Source: Gemmatimonadota bacterium
GTDB lineage: Bacteria > Gemmatimonadota > Gemmatimonadetes > Palauibacterales > KS3-K002
Direction: 5' to 3'
Length of the DNA: 57,976 nt
NCBI GenBank assembly: GCA_020344015.1
Contig: CP070812.1
Span: 4,573,990 to 4,631,965 of the forward strand
Shown: positions 44,983-54,865 of the stretch, piece by piece
How positions within the stretch are numbered: position 1 is the first letter of the stretch
Layout of the letters: each line of letters opens with the position of its first letter
Program-made: the position numbers and the translations under genes
Notes under the pieces: generated by a model
What the model saw: the letters and a program-made list of their open reading frames with translations, nothing else
Database searches by the model: none
What the model was told of the DNA's origin: nothing

Positions 44983-47601
44983 ATGACGGCCACGGTCGCT
45001 GCTAAGGGTAGGGAAATCGAGCTGCCGGTGGCGCCACCGGCGGGTCTGCCCGATCCCGATCTGAGCGAGAACGCCATCACGGTGCTGGAGCGCCGCTACC
45101 TGGTGAAGGACGACGAACTGCGTCCTATCGAGACGCCGAGGGAGCTGTTCTGGCGGGTGGCGCGGGCGGTGGCGGCGGTCGATTTGCAGTACGGAGCGAG
45201 CGGAGCGGAGGCGCAGCAGTCAGCGGAGCGGTTTTATCACATTATGGCCGACGGGCAGTTCGAGCCGAACTCGCCGACGTTGATGAACGCGGGTCGTCCG
45301 TTGGGCCAGCTTTCAGCCTGTTTCGTGTTGCCGGTGGAGGATTCGCTGGAGGGGATCTATACGACGCTGCGGAACATGGCGCTGATTCATCAGTCCGGGG
45401 GCGGCACCGGGTTCGGGTTTTCGCGGCTCCGGCCCAGCGGGGATGTGGTGAGGTCGACGATGGGTGTCGCCTCCGGACCGGTATCCTTCATGGAAGTCTA
45501 CGACGCGTCGACGGAGGCGGTAAAGCAGGGTGGTACGCGGCGCGGGGCGAACATGGGGATCCTGCGGGTAGACCACCCGGATATTTTGAATTTCATCGCC
45601 TGCAAGAGCGACAACACCCGGGTCACGAACTTTAACATCTCGGTAGCCGTGACCGACGAGTTCATGCGCGCGGTGCAGGCGGATGACGAGTATGACCTAG
45701 TCAGCCCGCGGAACGGGGAAGTAGTGGCTCGACAGCGAGCCCGGGATGTGTTCGACGAGATCGTCGAGGGAGCGTGGGCCAACGGCGAGCCTGGCGTCTT
45801 TTTCGTCGATCAGGCCAACTACTACAACCCGGTTCCGCATCTGGGCTCCTACGAGGCGACGAATCCATGCGGCGAACAGCCGCTTTTGCCCTTCGACGTG
45901 TGCAACCTGGGATCGATCAACTTGGGTGCCTTCGTCAAGGAAGGGATTGTGGATTGGGATGGGCTGCGCCAGGCGGTCCACACGTCGACGCATTTCCTCG
46001 ACAACGTGATCGATGCGAACCGATACCCGCTTCCGGAGATCACCGACCTGGCGCAGCGAATTAGGCGGATCGGCCTCGGCCTGATGGGCTGGGCCGACAT
46101 GTTGGTGCGGCTCGAGATCCCGTACGGCTCGGATGAGTCGTTGGAGCTGGCCGAGCGCGTCATGCAGTTCGTTGACGAGGAGGCGAAGGTCGAGTCGGAG
46201 CGGTTGGCAGCGCTACGCGGCGTCTTTCCTGAGTGGGAGCGTTCGATCTGGGGGCCCGACGCGACGTGTGCGCGTGCCGCGGGCGGCAACAGGGTGCGTG
46301 CGGAGCGCCGTCTGCGCAACTGTAATCTGACGACCGTCGCACCGACGGGGACGATCTCGATCATCGCGGGATGCTCGGGCGGCATCGAGCCGCTGTTCGC
46401 GGTGGCGTTCATGCGGAATCAGGCGGGCACTTTGATGCCCGATGTCAACGACGATTTTGTGGCCCTCGCACGTCGGCAGGGGTGGTACTCGGATCAACTT
46501 ATGGAGCGGATCGCGTGCGAGGGCCACATTCATTTCGATGAGGTTCCGGAGCAGGTGCGAGAGGTGTTCGTTACCGCGCACGACGTGTCTCCGGAGCGGC
46601 ATGTCCGGATGCAGGCGGCGTTCCAAAGATACGTGGACAGCGCCATATCGAAGACCTGCAACTTCCCGGCCGCGGCGAGTCCCGGTTACGTCCGTGCCAT
46701 CTACGAGCTGGCCTACGAGCTCGGCTGCAAGGGCGTGACCGTCTATCGCGACGGCTCCCGGGAAGGCCAGGTGTTGTCCACGGGCAAGACGGCAGAGGCG
46801 GTTGTGAATTCATTCGGCAACGTCAAAAACATGAGCTCGGTCTCAGAGGTTGGGCGGAAGGGCGAAGACGTGGCAGGGGATGCTGGAGTCGCCTCTGAGG
46901 CCGAGCTTGGCAGTTTGGAGCAGGCGGCCGAGAACCAGCAGCTGCGGGCCGAGCTCGAGTTGCTGGCGAAGGACAACGAACGGCTGAAGCGTGAGTTGTC
47001 CGCGAAACAGGGCGAGCTCATGGGCAAGCCGTTCGTGCGCGAGCGGCCCGATAAGCTGCGGGGCGTCACGCGGAAGATGCTGTCACCGCTGGGCACGCTC
47101 TACGTGACGATCAACGAGGACGAGAAGGGCCGGCCTTTCGAGGTCTTCACCACGCTGGGCAAGGCCGGTGGTGCCGCGATGGCCGACGCCGAGGCGATCA
47201 GTCGGTTGATCTCACTGGCGCTGCGCAGCGGTGTTCCGCTCAGCACGATCAGCAAGCAGCTGCGCGGCATTTCCTGCGACCGGGCGGTGGGGTTCGGTGC
47301 CAAGAAGATCCTCTCGGTCCCCGACGCCGTCGCCTTGGCCATCGAGGAGTACTTGGTCGAGAAGGAAGGCGAACAGCAGGTGCTGCCGCTCACAGATCCG
47401 CAGACCGGCTCGAAGGGTAACGGCGGCACCCAGAGCGCCGAGCCACCCAAGATAGGCCGGGGTCTCTTCGACGACCCAACCAAGCACTTCGGCCGGGACA
47501 TCAAGGCATTCATCGAGACCTGTCCCGACTGCGGGTTTTCGCTCCAGTTCGCCGAGGGGTGCATGAAGTGCACCGCCTGTGGCTACTCGGAGTGCGGCTA
47601 A
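44983..47601 (+). CDS. nrdJ: Class II (adenosylcobalamin-dependent) ribonucleotide reductase with C-terminal TSCPD/zinc-ribbon region
   Basis: PNSPTLMNAG, LSACFV, GGGTG, RRGANM, TNPCGEQPL, CNLGSIN, APTGTIS, DSAISKT, KGVTVYRDGSR, CPDC..EGCMKCTACGYSEC. Confidence 0.95.
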   Translation: MTATVAAKGREIELPVAPPAGLPDPDLSENAITVLERRYLVKDDELRPIETPRELFWRVARAVAAVDLQYGASGAEAQQSAERFYHIMADGQFEPNSPTLMNAGRPLGQLSACFVLPVEDSLEGIYTTLRNMALIHQSGGGTGFGFSRLRPSGDVVRSTMGVASGPVSFMEVYDASTEAVKQGGTRRGANMGILRVDHPDILNFIACKSDNTRVTNFNISVAVTDEFMRAVQADDEYDLVSPRNGEVVARQRARDVFDEIVEGAWANGEPGVFFVDQANYYNPVPHLGSYEATNPCGEQPLLPFDVCNLGSINLGAFVKEGIVDWDGLRQAVHTSTHFLDNVIDANRYPLPEITDLAQRIRRIGLGLMGWADMLVRLEIPYGSDESLELAERVMQFVDEEAKVESERLAALRGVFPEWERSIWGPDATCARAAGGNRVRAERRLRNCNLTTVAPTGTISIIAGCSGGIEPLFAVAFMRNQAGTLMPDVNDDFVALARRQGWYSDQLMERIACEGHIHFDEVPEQVREVFVTAHDVSPERHVRMQAAFQRYVDSAISKTCNFPAAASPGYVRAIYELAYELGCKGVTVYRDGSREGQVLSTGKTAEAVVNSFGNVKNMSSVSEVGRKGEDVAGDAGVASEAELGSLEQAAENQQLRAELELLAKDNERLKRELSAKQGELMGKPFVRERPDKLRGVTRKMLSPLGTLYVTINEDEKGRPFEVFTTLGKAGGAAMADAEAISRLISLALRSGVPLSTISKQLRGISCDRAVGFGAKKILSVPDAVALAIEEYLVEKEGEQQVLPLTDPQTGSKGNGGTQSAEPPKIGRGLFDDPTKHFGRDIKAFIETCPDCGFSLQFAEGCMKCTACGYSECG

Positions 47602-47634
47602 CCGATAGCAGTCCCCCACCGTTGTCCGGCCAAT

Positions 47635-47664
47635 AAGGGCGCCCAGCTGGGCGCCCTTCCCCTT
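47635..47664 (+). terminator. Perfect 24-bp palindrome after nrdJ, probable terminator
   Basis: AAGGGCGCCCAGCTGGGCGCCCTT, with only a weak pyrimidine tail. Confidence 0.6.
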
Positions 47665-47666
47665 GA

Positions 47667-47852
47667 TGGGAGTTCGGGATTCAGGGATTCGGGGAATCGG
47701 GGATTCTGGGATCGGGAGTGAAGAATCCGTGGAATCCGTGGCATCCGTGGCATTCGCGAATCCGGGAATCCCCAGTTCCCCTATACTACGGATTCCACAT
47801 TCCCAGTCCCAAACGCCCTAACACCTCATTCCCGAATTCCCGAATTCCCAAC
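47667..47852. repeat. Second copy of the GGGATTC / GAATCCGTG / CCCGAATT tandem repeat element
   Basis: Same three-part layout as 13696-13852. Confidence 0.85.
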
Positions 47853-47857
47853 AAGCT

Positions 47858-47883
47858 GAAACTTCTCTGCTTCCCTCGTTGTT
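47858..47883 (+). promoter_or_regulatory. Candidate ECF promoter
   Basis: GAAAC-N18-GTT, 71 nt upstream of the second ECF-like gene. Confidence 0.45.
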
Positions 47884-47954
47884 CTCTTGTTGTAGGTGGA
47901 AAGGCGCCCATTCGGGCCTCGAACCAGGCGATCCAGCAAGCGAGGTCAAACCAC

Positions 47955-48506
47955 ATGGCGCGGGCATTCGAAGAGCTGATCGGAACTCATCTGGACGATC
48001 TGTACTCGGCCGCCCTCTGTTTCACGCTCGATGAGGGCCGGGCCGAAGAGCTGGTCCAGGAAGCGTCGATCCGCGCCTTCCACGAGTACCCGTACAGGCA
48101 GCATGACGCTGACTTTCGGCTCCTGATGTTGGGGGCCCTGGTGTCGACTTTCTTGCAGAGGCAGCGGCGCCAGGGTCGCGACCCATTGGCGCCACACGGT
48201 GGGCTATACGACGAGACGGTGCGCAGCACGGAGTGGACACCGATCGAGCCGTTTCCCGAGGTCGGCTCGCCGGGTTACCGGGTGCTGCTCGATTGGTTTT
48301 CCCGTGTCTGGGCACAGCTGGATGATGGTGACCGGTTGGTCCTCTGGCTGGCGGACGTGGAGCGACTGAGGCACCGACGGGTCGCCGAGATGACCGGTCT
48401 CGACCTGGAAGAGGTGCGGGCACGACACTATCGAGCCCGACGCAGCCTGAGTCGGAGCGCGGAGCGCGAGCTGGGCCGCCGGGCAAGCGGAGGTGCAAAG
48501 GTCTGA
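47955..48506 (+). CDS. Divergent ECF sigma-70-like protein
   Basis: FEELIGTHLDDLYSAAL, RAEELVQEA, region-4-like RLVLWLADVE...VAEMTG....VRARHYRARR; start ATG 47955 after GAGG. Confidence 0.8.
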   Translation: MARAFEELIGTHLDDLYSAALCFTLDEGRAEELVQEASIRAFHEYPYRQHDADFRLLMLGALVSTFLQRQRRQGRDPLAPHGGLYDETVRSTEWTPIEPFPEVGSPGYRVLLDWFSRVWAQLDDGDRLVLWLADVERLRHRRVAEMTGLDLEEVRARHYRARRSLSRSAERELGRRASGGAKV

Positions 48507-49315
48507 TGGTGGAATGCCGCGAAGTTCGTAGGACGCTCTGGCCCGCCGACGGTCTGCGCGTCGGCGACGCCGAGGTCGAGGCGGCGCTCGCACACGCCGA
48601 GGAGTGCGTGTTGTGCTCCGAGTTCCTCGAGGAGGACCGGCGCGTGGCGCAGCTCATCCGCGAAAGCGTGCCGCGAGTGCGGGCGCCGCGCGAACTGAGG
48701 GAGCGGCTCTACACGGCGCTGGCGCGTGAGCGTTCCGGTTCGCCGACCTCGCCTGGGGTCAGGCGTCGGCTGCGGCGGCAGTGGGCCGTGGCCGCCGTTC
48801 TGGTAACGGCCCTCGCCATCGGCTTGGCCGGTACCTGGCTGGCCGGCAGCAACGGTGGCGCCCCGGTGGCCTCCGCCTTTGCGGAAGACTACCTGCGGCG
48901 CGTGGTCGAGCAGGACGAACTGCGGACCGCGGATCGGCAGGAGATAGCGTCGTTTTTTGCCCGTGAGCTGGGTGTCGCGACGCCGCCGCCCAGTGTCCCC
49001 GAGTTCAAAGTACACCGCGCGACGATCTGCCTGATGAGCGGTCGCCGTGGTGGCGTAGTCGAGTACGAGAGCCGCGGCCGTCAGCTCTCGTATTACCTCA
49101 TCCCGCTCGAGGGTGAAGCGACCGTCGAGTCGTCGGGCGTCGACGCCAGCACGATCGAGCAGGCGTCGAGCGAGCCCGGCCTGAGCAGAGAGCGCGGCCT
49201 TGGGGTGGCGACCTGGTGGGACAACGGGCATCAGCACGCGTTGGTGGGTAACCTGCCGGCGGAGGAGCTGAAGCGGCTCGCACCCCTTTTCGCCTGCCCC
49301 TCGTCACGTCTCTAG
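48506..49315 (+). CDS. Membrane-anchored zinc-finger anti-sigma factor
   Basis: N-terminal C...HAEECVLC (HxxxCxxC), APRELRERL, single TM, C-terminal extracytoplasmic domain (WW..GHQHALVG). Confidence 0.85.
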   Translation: MVECREVRRTLWPADGLRVGDAEVEAALAHAEECVLCSEFLEEDRRVAQLIRESVPRVRAPRELRERLYTALARERSGSPTSPGVRRRLRRQWAVAAVLVTALAIGLAGTWLAGSNGGAPVASAFAEDYLRRVVEQDELRTADRQEIASFFARELGVATPPPSVPEFKVHRATICLMSGRRGGVVEYESRGRQLSYYLIPLEGEATVESSGVDASTIEQASSEPGLSRERGLGVATWWDNGHQHALVGNLPAEELKRLAPLFACPSSRL

Positions 49316-49388
49316 CCTAGCCGCCCACCCGCCCACTACTTTACCGCCGCACCACAACGGACGTTAACAGCGGACCGGAGGGGCGGTC

Positions 49389-49862
49389 TTGAGCGCTGGC
49401 TCGGGAGTCATCACATCGCTACAGATCTGTCCGGGCCATGGCCTGACCATGCGCCGCGTGGAACCAGCGGTCTTCGTCGCCGACCTGGGGCTCGAGGGCT
49501 GCCGACACGCCAGGCCGAAGAGCCGGCGGCAGGTGCTGCTCATCGAGGAGGAGACGCTCGCATGGCTCGGGCTCGAGACGGCCACCCTCAAAGAAAACGT
49601 CACCACCCGGGGCATCGATCTGACATCCCTCCCTGACGACACACGCCTCCTGCTCGGTGACGAGGTGGAGCTGTGGGTCACCGGGCCGTGTCATCCCTGT
49701 GACTTGATGGACGAGATACGGGACGGCCTGAAAGAGGAACTGCGGGGCAGGCGCGGGGTGCTCGCCTGGGTGAAGACGGGTGGTCGGGTCAGGGTCGGAG
49801 ATCGGATAGAGGCAAGGTCGCCGGCAGAGTCCACACGCGATGACCCAGAAGGTATAAGGTAA
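49389..49862 (+). CDS. MOSC domain protein
   Basis: GLEG.RH, RQVLLI, ENVTTRG, PCHPC..MD, RGVLAWV..GGRVRVGD. Confidence 0.9.
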   Translation: MSAGSGVITSLQICPGHGLTMRRVEPAVFVADLGLEGCRHARPKSRRQVLLIEEETLAWLGLETATLKENVTTRGIDLTSLPDDTRLLLGDEVELWVTGPCHPCDLMDEIRDGLKEELRGRRGVLAWVKTGGRVRVGDRIEARSPAESTRDDPEGIR

Positions 49863-49904
49863 CGAGCGTAAGACACCCTCACATTTGGAATGCGATGAGA
49901 AGAG

Positions 49905-51446
49905 ATGGATAGTCCTACAGTGAGACGTTGCACGTCAGCTCTCTGCTTCGCTACGCTTGGCTTGCTGGCGAGTCGCGAAGCGTACGCCCAGTCCGAGACG
50001 GTCCACGGCGTCCGCAGCTATCGGACCTCTCACGAGGTTGAGATCGTCGAGGAGCTGGTCGAGTTCCTCAGCCTTCCCAACAATGCCGCGGACATTCCGG
50101 CGATACGACGGAACGCCGAAGCTATCCTTGAGATGATGGCGCGGCGCGGGATCGAGGGTCGGCTGCTAGAGACGGACGGAGCGCCGTACGTCTACGGCGA
50201 GCTGGAAGTGCCGGGGGCGACACGGACGATCTTGTTCTATGCCCATTACGATGGCCAGGCGGTCGACACCAGTCGGTGGGTAGGGCACCATCCATACGAG
50301 CCAGTGCTACGCGATGACGCACTGGAGGCTGGTGGCCAGATCATCGAGTTCCCGAGCCAGGGAAGGTTCGAGAACGATTGGCGGATTTTCGCACGCTCTG
50401 CCTCGGACGATAAGTCGCCCATCGTCGCTATCATGGTTGCTCTCGATGCGATCCAAGCCAACCTCCGGAAGCCTACCTCGAACCTCAAGTTCATCTTCGA
50501 GGGGGACGAGGAGGCGGGATCACCCAATCTCGGTTTCGTGGCCCGCGAGTACGGCGATTTGCTGGCCGCCGACTTGGCGATCGCGGCGGACGGACCGACC
50601 GATCCCTCGGGCTTGCCGACGATGAAGTTCGGCGCCCGCGGGATAGTCAGCGTCGAGATCACCACCTACGGGCCGCTGCGGCCGCTGCACAGCGGCCACT
50701 ACGGCAACTGGGCTCCCAACCCGGCGATGCGGCTCGCCCATCTGCTGGCGTCGATGAAGGACCCGCGTACCGGGCGTGTCCTGGTCGAGGGGTTCTATGA
50801 TGACGTGGTGGAGCTGAGCGAGTTCGAGCGCGCGGCGATCGCGGCGGCGCCGAACGACGATGCGGAACGGATGTACGCGCTCGCTTTCGCCGAACCGGAG
50901 GCGCAGGGCCAGCGGCTGGCGCTGATCAACCTGCCGTCATTGAACGTGCGGGGCCTGCGCAGCGCGTGGGTGGGCCGCGAAGCGCGCACCGTAGTCCCCG
51001 ACCGGGCGATAGCCAACATCGACTTGCGGTTGGTGAAGAACGTCGATCCGCGTGAGCAGTTGGGGCGTCTGATCGCGCACATCGAGAAGCAGGGCTACGA
51101 TATCGTCAGCGAGGAGCCTGACCCGGAGACGCGGCGCCGGCACCCGAAGCTGGCCAGGGTCGTGAGCTCCGACGGCTACCCCGCTTACCGGACTCAGATG
51201 GACCTGCCGATCGCCCAGGCACTGATCAGCTCGGTGGAAGAGCACATGGGGCAGGGCATGGTGAAGATCCCGACGTCGGGTGGCAGTGTTCCGCTCTACT
51301 GGTTCACCGACGTCCTCGGCCTGCCCACGGTGAGCGTCCCGATGGTCAACCATGACAACAACCAGCACAGCCCGAACGAGAATCTCCGGCTGGGCAATCT
51401 CTGGTCGGGTATCGAGCTTTTCGCTTCGGTGATGATGATGCGCTGA
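49905..51446 (+). CDS. Secreted M20 family metallopeptidase
   Basis: Signal peptide ending AYA-Q; YAHYDGQ, ARSASDDK, EGDEEAGS, HSGHYG, NQHSPNEN. Confidence 0.92.
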   Translation: MDSPTVRRCTSALCFATLGLLASREAYAQSETVHGVRSYRTSHEVEIVEELVEFLSLPNNAADIPAIRRNAEAILEMMARRGIEGRLLETDGAPYVYGELEVPGATRTILFYAHYDGQAVDTSRWVGHHPYEPVLRDDALEAGGQIIEFPSQGRFENDWRIFARSASDDKSPIVAIMVALDAIQANLRKPTSNLKFIFEGDEEAGSPNLGFVAREYGDLLAADLAIAADGPTDPSGLPTMKFGARGIVSVEITTYGPLRPLHSGHYGNWAPNPAMRLAHLLASMKDPRTGRVLVEGFYDDVVELSEFERAAIAAAPNDDAERMYALAFAEPEAQGQRLALINLPSLNVRGLRSAWVGREARTVVPDRAIANIDLRLVKNVDPREQLGRLIAHIEKQGYDIVSEEPDPETRRRHPKLARVVSSDGYPAYRTQMDLPIAQALISSVEEHMGQGMVKIPTSGGSVPLYWFTDVLGLPTVSVPMVNHDNNQHSPNENLRLGNLWSGIELFASVMMMR

Positions 51447-51464
51447 ACGACAGAGGGCTGAGAG

Positions 51465-52670
51465 ATGGCGGACCTGGAACTCATCCACGAGCTATTGACC
51501 CCGGCGCAAACGAAGATCGCGCTGCTTGTGCTCGACGGTCTAGGCGGCCTGGCGGTGGAGCCGGGCGGGCCCACCGAGCTCGAGGCAGCGGAGACGCCGA
51601 ACCTCGATCGCTTGGCCGCCGAGGGGATCGTCGGACTCCATCAGCCGGTGAGTCCGGGCATCGCGCCGGGCAGCGGGCCCGGCCACATCGGGCTCTTCGG
51701 CTACGATGCGATCCGCTACCAGATCGGGCGCGGCGTGTTGGAGGCGTTGGGCGTCGATTTCGAGTTACAGGCGACCGACCTGGCGGCGCGGGGCAATTTC
51801 TGCAGTGTGGACGCGCAAGGCACTATCATCGATCGCCGCGCCGGTCGGATTCCGACCGAGCGCTGCGCCGAACTCTGCGCTGAGCTTCGCCAGATAGCGC
51901 TGCCCGAGGTAGAGCTCTTCGTCGAGCCCGTCCGCGAGCATCGCTTTCTCCTCGTGCTCCGCGGTGAGGGGATGGCCGAGGGCGTAGCGGACACAGACCC
52001 CGGCCACACGGGCGTTCCGCCGCTCGACGTGACGGTGACCGATCCAGTGGCGGAAGCCGCCGCGGGCCTCGTCAGACGTTTCGTCGAAGAGGCACGCGAG
52101 CGATTGGCCGGTCACGATCCTGCCAACATGATTACCTTGCGCGGGTTCGCAAAGAAGCCCGATTGGCCGCTCTTTCCGGAGACGTTTGGCCTGCGCTCGG
52201 TAGCGGTGGCCCAGTATCCGATGTACCGCGGTGTCGCCAAGCTGGTTGGGATGGACTCGGTGGAAGTCGGGCCGTCACGCGACGACCTGTTCGATACTCT
52301 GAGCCGGGTCTGGCCCGACTACGACTTCGCCTTCGTTCACGTGAAGGACCCTGACAAAGCGGGTGAGGACGGCGACTTCGATCGCAAGGTAGAGGTCATC
52401 GAGGAGGTAGACGGCTACGTACCGAGGATCGTCGAGCTTCAGCCCGATGTGATCCTCGTTACCGGCGACCACTCCACTCCCGCGGCGTTGCGTAGCCACA
52501 GCTGGCACCCGGTGCCCTTCTTGCTGTGGTCGCCGACCTGCCGACGCGACGAGGCGGACCGCTTCGGGGAGAAGTGGTGCCGTGGCGGCGAAGGAGGACT
52601 CTGCCGCTCCGAGGACCTCATGCCGCTGGCGCTCGCCCATGCCGGACGCCTGGCAAAGTTCGGAGCCTAG
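51465..52670 (+). CDS. apgM: 2,3-bisphosphoglycerate-independent phosphoglycerate mutase, archaeal/ApgM type
   Basis: LDGLG, TELEAAETPNLD, PGSGPGH, GRGVLEALG, DRRAGRI, HVK.PD.AGEDG, TGDHSTP, HSWHPVP. Confidence 0.93.
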   Translation: MADLELIHELLTPAQTKIALLVLDGLGGLAVEPGGPTELEAAETPNLDRLAAEGIVGLHQPVSPGIAPGSGPGHIGLFGYDAIRYQIGRGVLEALGVDFELQATDLAARGNFCSVDAQGTIIDRRAGRIPTERCAELCAELRQIALPEVELFVEPVREHRFLLVLRGEGMAEGVADTDPGHTGVPPLDVTVTDPVAEAAAGLVRRFVEEARERLAGHDPANMITLRGFAKKPDWPLFPETFGLRSVAVAQYPMYRGVAKLVGMDSVEVGPSRDDLFDTLSRVWPDYDFAFVHVKDPDKAGEDGDFDRKVEVIEEVDGYVPRIVELQPDVILVTGDHSTPAALRSHSWHPVPFLLWSPTCRRDEADRFGEKWCRGGEGGLCRSEDLMPLALAHAGRLAKFGA

Positions 52671-52683
52671 GGCCGGACGACGG

Positions 52684-53361
52684 ATGCACTGGGACACGCT
52701 CAGCTTCGACTGCTACGGAACTCTGGTAGACTGGGTCAGCGGTATCACCCGGGCGTTCAGCGACGCTGCGGCCAGCGACGGCATCGCGCTCGCGGCGGAA
52801 GACGTGATCGCCGCCTACCATGAATTGGAGCCGCAGGTCCAGTCGGACACCTACCGTCCTTACCGGGAGGTGTTGGGTGAGACGGCGCTCCGGGTAGCTG
52901 CACGGTTGGGTTGGCCCTTGGCGGCGGAACGCGCCGGATTCCTCGCCGAGTCTCTGCCCGGTTGGCCGGTATTCGCCGATACGCGTTCCGCGCTCGAGCG
53001 GCTGAAGCCACGCTACAAGCTGGCGATCCTCTCGAACATCGATGACGACCTTTTGCGGGCAACGGTCGAGCGGATCGGCGTCGAGTTCGAGTGGACGGTA
53101 ACCGCGCAACAGCTCCGCAGCTACAAACCCGGACACGCGCATTTCTTGGCAGCGCTGGAGCGTCTCGACGGGGATCGCGGGCGTCTACTACATGTGGCGC
53201 AGAGCAAGTTTCACGATATCCGTCCCTGTGGAGAGTTGGGTATCGATTGCGTTTGGGTGAACAGACAGGGTGAGGAGTTGGACGAGGGGTTGGAGCCCCT
53301 CCATGTCGTGAAGGATTTGGCAGAGTTGGTAGAGTGGCTGGAGGCGGACGGTAGCCAGTAG
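52684..53361 (+). CDS. HAD-superfamily hydrolase (haloacid dehalogenase type II-like)
   Basis: SFDCYGTLVDW, LSNID, YKP, LHVAQS.FHD. Confidence 0.92.
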   Translation: MHWDTLSFDCYGTLVDWVSGITRAFSDAAASDGIALAAEDVIAAYHELEPQVQSDTYRPYREVLGETALRVAARLGWPLAAERAGFLAESLPGWPVFADTRSALERLKPRYKLAILSNIDDDLLRATVERIGVEFEWTVTAQQLRSYKPGHAHFLAALERLDGDRGRLLHVAQSKFHDIRPCGELGIDCVWVNRQGEELDEGLEPLHVVKDLAELVEWLEADGSQ

Positions 53362-53408
53362 CCGGTAGCCATTGACCGGTTACCGGCCACCGCCTCACCG
53401 GCTACCGT
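53348..53408. repeat. Heptamer fold-back repeat (CCGGTAG family)
   Basis: acggtag ccagtag ccggtag ... ttaccgg ccaccg tcaccgg ctaccg. Confidence 0.75.
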
Positions 53409-53443
53409 TCATGGAGCGTGAAACCAACCAGAAATGAGGATTC

Positions 53444-54775
53444 ATGACTGAGAGCGACCGAAAGAAACGAGTCGTCATCATGGGCGCGGCGGGGCGCGAC
53501 TTCCACGACTTCAACACTTACTTCCGGGGCAACCCCGACTACGATGTCGTTGCATTCACCGCCACCCAGATTCCCAATATAGAGGGCCGGCTTTACCCCC
53601 CGGAGATCGCAGGGCCCGATTACCCGAAGGGCCTACCGATCGTGCCCGAGGACGAGCTGGAGTCCGTTATCGAGAATGAACGGATCGACTTCTGTACCTT
53701 CTCATACTCCGACGTCTCTCACGAGCACGTTATGCATGTCGCCAGCCGTTGCCTCGCCGCAGGCGCTGGCCTCATGCTGCTCGGCCCGCGGCAGACGTTT
53801 GTCGATTCCAAGTGGCCGGTGATCGCCGTCTGTGCCGTACGCACCGGAGCGGGGAAGAGCCAGACGACCCGCTACATTGTCGATCGACTGCGCGAGTTCG
53901 GTCGTAAGCCGGTTGTCGTTCGCCATCCCATGCCGTACGGGGATCTTGTCAAACAGCGAGTGCAACGCTTCCAGACTTACGAGGACCTCGAGCGTCACGA
54001 AGTCACGATCGAAGAACGCGAGGAATACGAGCCCCACCTGAACAAGGGGACGATAGTCTACGCCGGCGTCGACTACGAGGCGATCCTGCGCCAGGCAGAG
54101 GGCGACGGCGATGTCATCCTTTGGGATGGCGGCAACAACGATCTGCCTTTCTACCGGCCCAATCTCCATATCGTGATTGCCGACCCACACAGGGCGGGAC
54201 ACGAGCTGATCTACCACCCCGGCGAGGCGAACCTGCGCATGGCTGACGTGGTGATCATCAACAAGGTGGGTTCGGCGTGCGCCGAGGACGTGGAAACGGT
54301 GCGGAACAACATCGCGGCGGCCAACCCAAATGCGCGAGTCTTTGACGGCCGCTCGCCGTTGAGCGTCGACAAGCCCGAGGCCCTGAAAGGCAAGCGGGTG
54401 CTCGCCGTTGAGGACGGACCGAGCCTCACTCACGGCGAATTGTTGCTGGGTGCTGCCAGTCTGGCTGCGCAGGAACACGGGGCTAAGGAACTGGTGGACC
54501 CACGGCCGTTCGCTGTCGGCTCCATTGTCGAGACGTTCGAAAAGTACTCCGGCACGGGCCCGGTCCTGCCGGCCATGGGCTACGGCGAGGAACAGGTGAG
54601 CGAGCTCGCCGAGACGATTCGCAACTCGGACGCCGATGTCGTCGCGATCGGCACGCCGATCGATCTGGCGCGACTGATCGATATCGACCTGCCGACGGTC
54701 CGGGTGACGTACGACTTGGCCCTCGAGGATCCGGGAGCGTTGGACGAATTGTTGAGCAAGGCGATCGGAGGGTGA
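53444..54775 (+). CDS. arcE: Arginine synthetase (ArcE)-like P-loop ATPase, often annotated as cyclic 2,3-diphosphoglycerate synthase-like or GTPase
   Basis: IMGAAGRDFHDFN, VAFTATQIP, AVRTGAGKSQT, RHPMPYG, TIEEREEYEPH, WDGGNND, EDGPSLTHG, LPAMGYG. Confidence 0.8.
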   Translation: MTESDRKKRVVIMGAAGRDFHDFNTYFRGNPDYDVVAFTATQIPNIEGRLYPPEIAGPDYPKGLPIVPEDELESVIENERIDFCTFSYSDVSHEHVMHVASRCLAAGAGLMLLGPRQTFVDSKWPVIAVCAVRTGAGKSQTTRYIVDRLREFGRKPVVVRHPMPYGDLVKQRVQRFQTYEDLERHEVTIEEREEYEPHLNKGTIVYAGVDYEAILRQAEGDGDVILWDGGNNDLPFYRPNLHIVIADPHRAGHELIYHPGEANLRMADVVIINKVGSACAEDVETVRNNIAAANPNARVFDGRSPLSVDKPEALKGKRVLAVEDGPSLTHGELLLGAASLAAQEHGAKELVDPRPFAVGSIVETFEKYSGTGPVLPAMGYGEEQVSELAETIRNSDADVVAIGTPIDLARLIDIDLPTVRVTYDLALEDPGALDELLSKAIGG

Positions 54776-54781
54776 CCCGCG

Positions 54782-54852
54782 GGCGGTAGCCGGTAGTTGG
54801 GAGTTCCCGAATAACCGATCACCGGCCACCCAGCACCGGCCACTTGCCGGCT
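54782..54852. repeat. Heptamer fold-back repeat (CCGGTAG family)
   Basis: gcggtag ccggtag ... taaccga tcaccgg ccaccca gcaccgg ccac. Confidence 0.7.
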
Positions 54853-54865
54853 GAAAGCGAGAAAC

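Noticed and set aside
47718-47954. Long N-terminal extension of the second ECF ORF (MKNPWNPWHPWH...)
   Set aside because: It is a translation of the DNA repeat; the sigma-like sequence and an RBS start at ATG 47955
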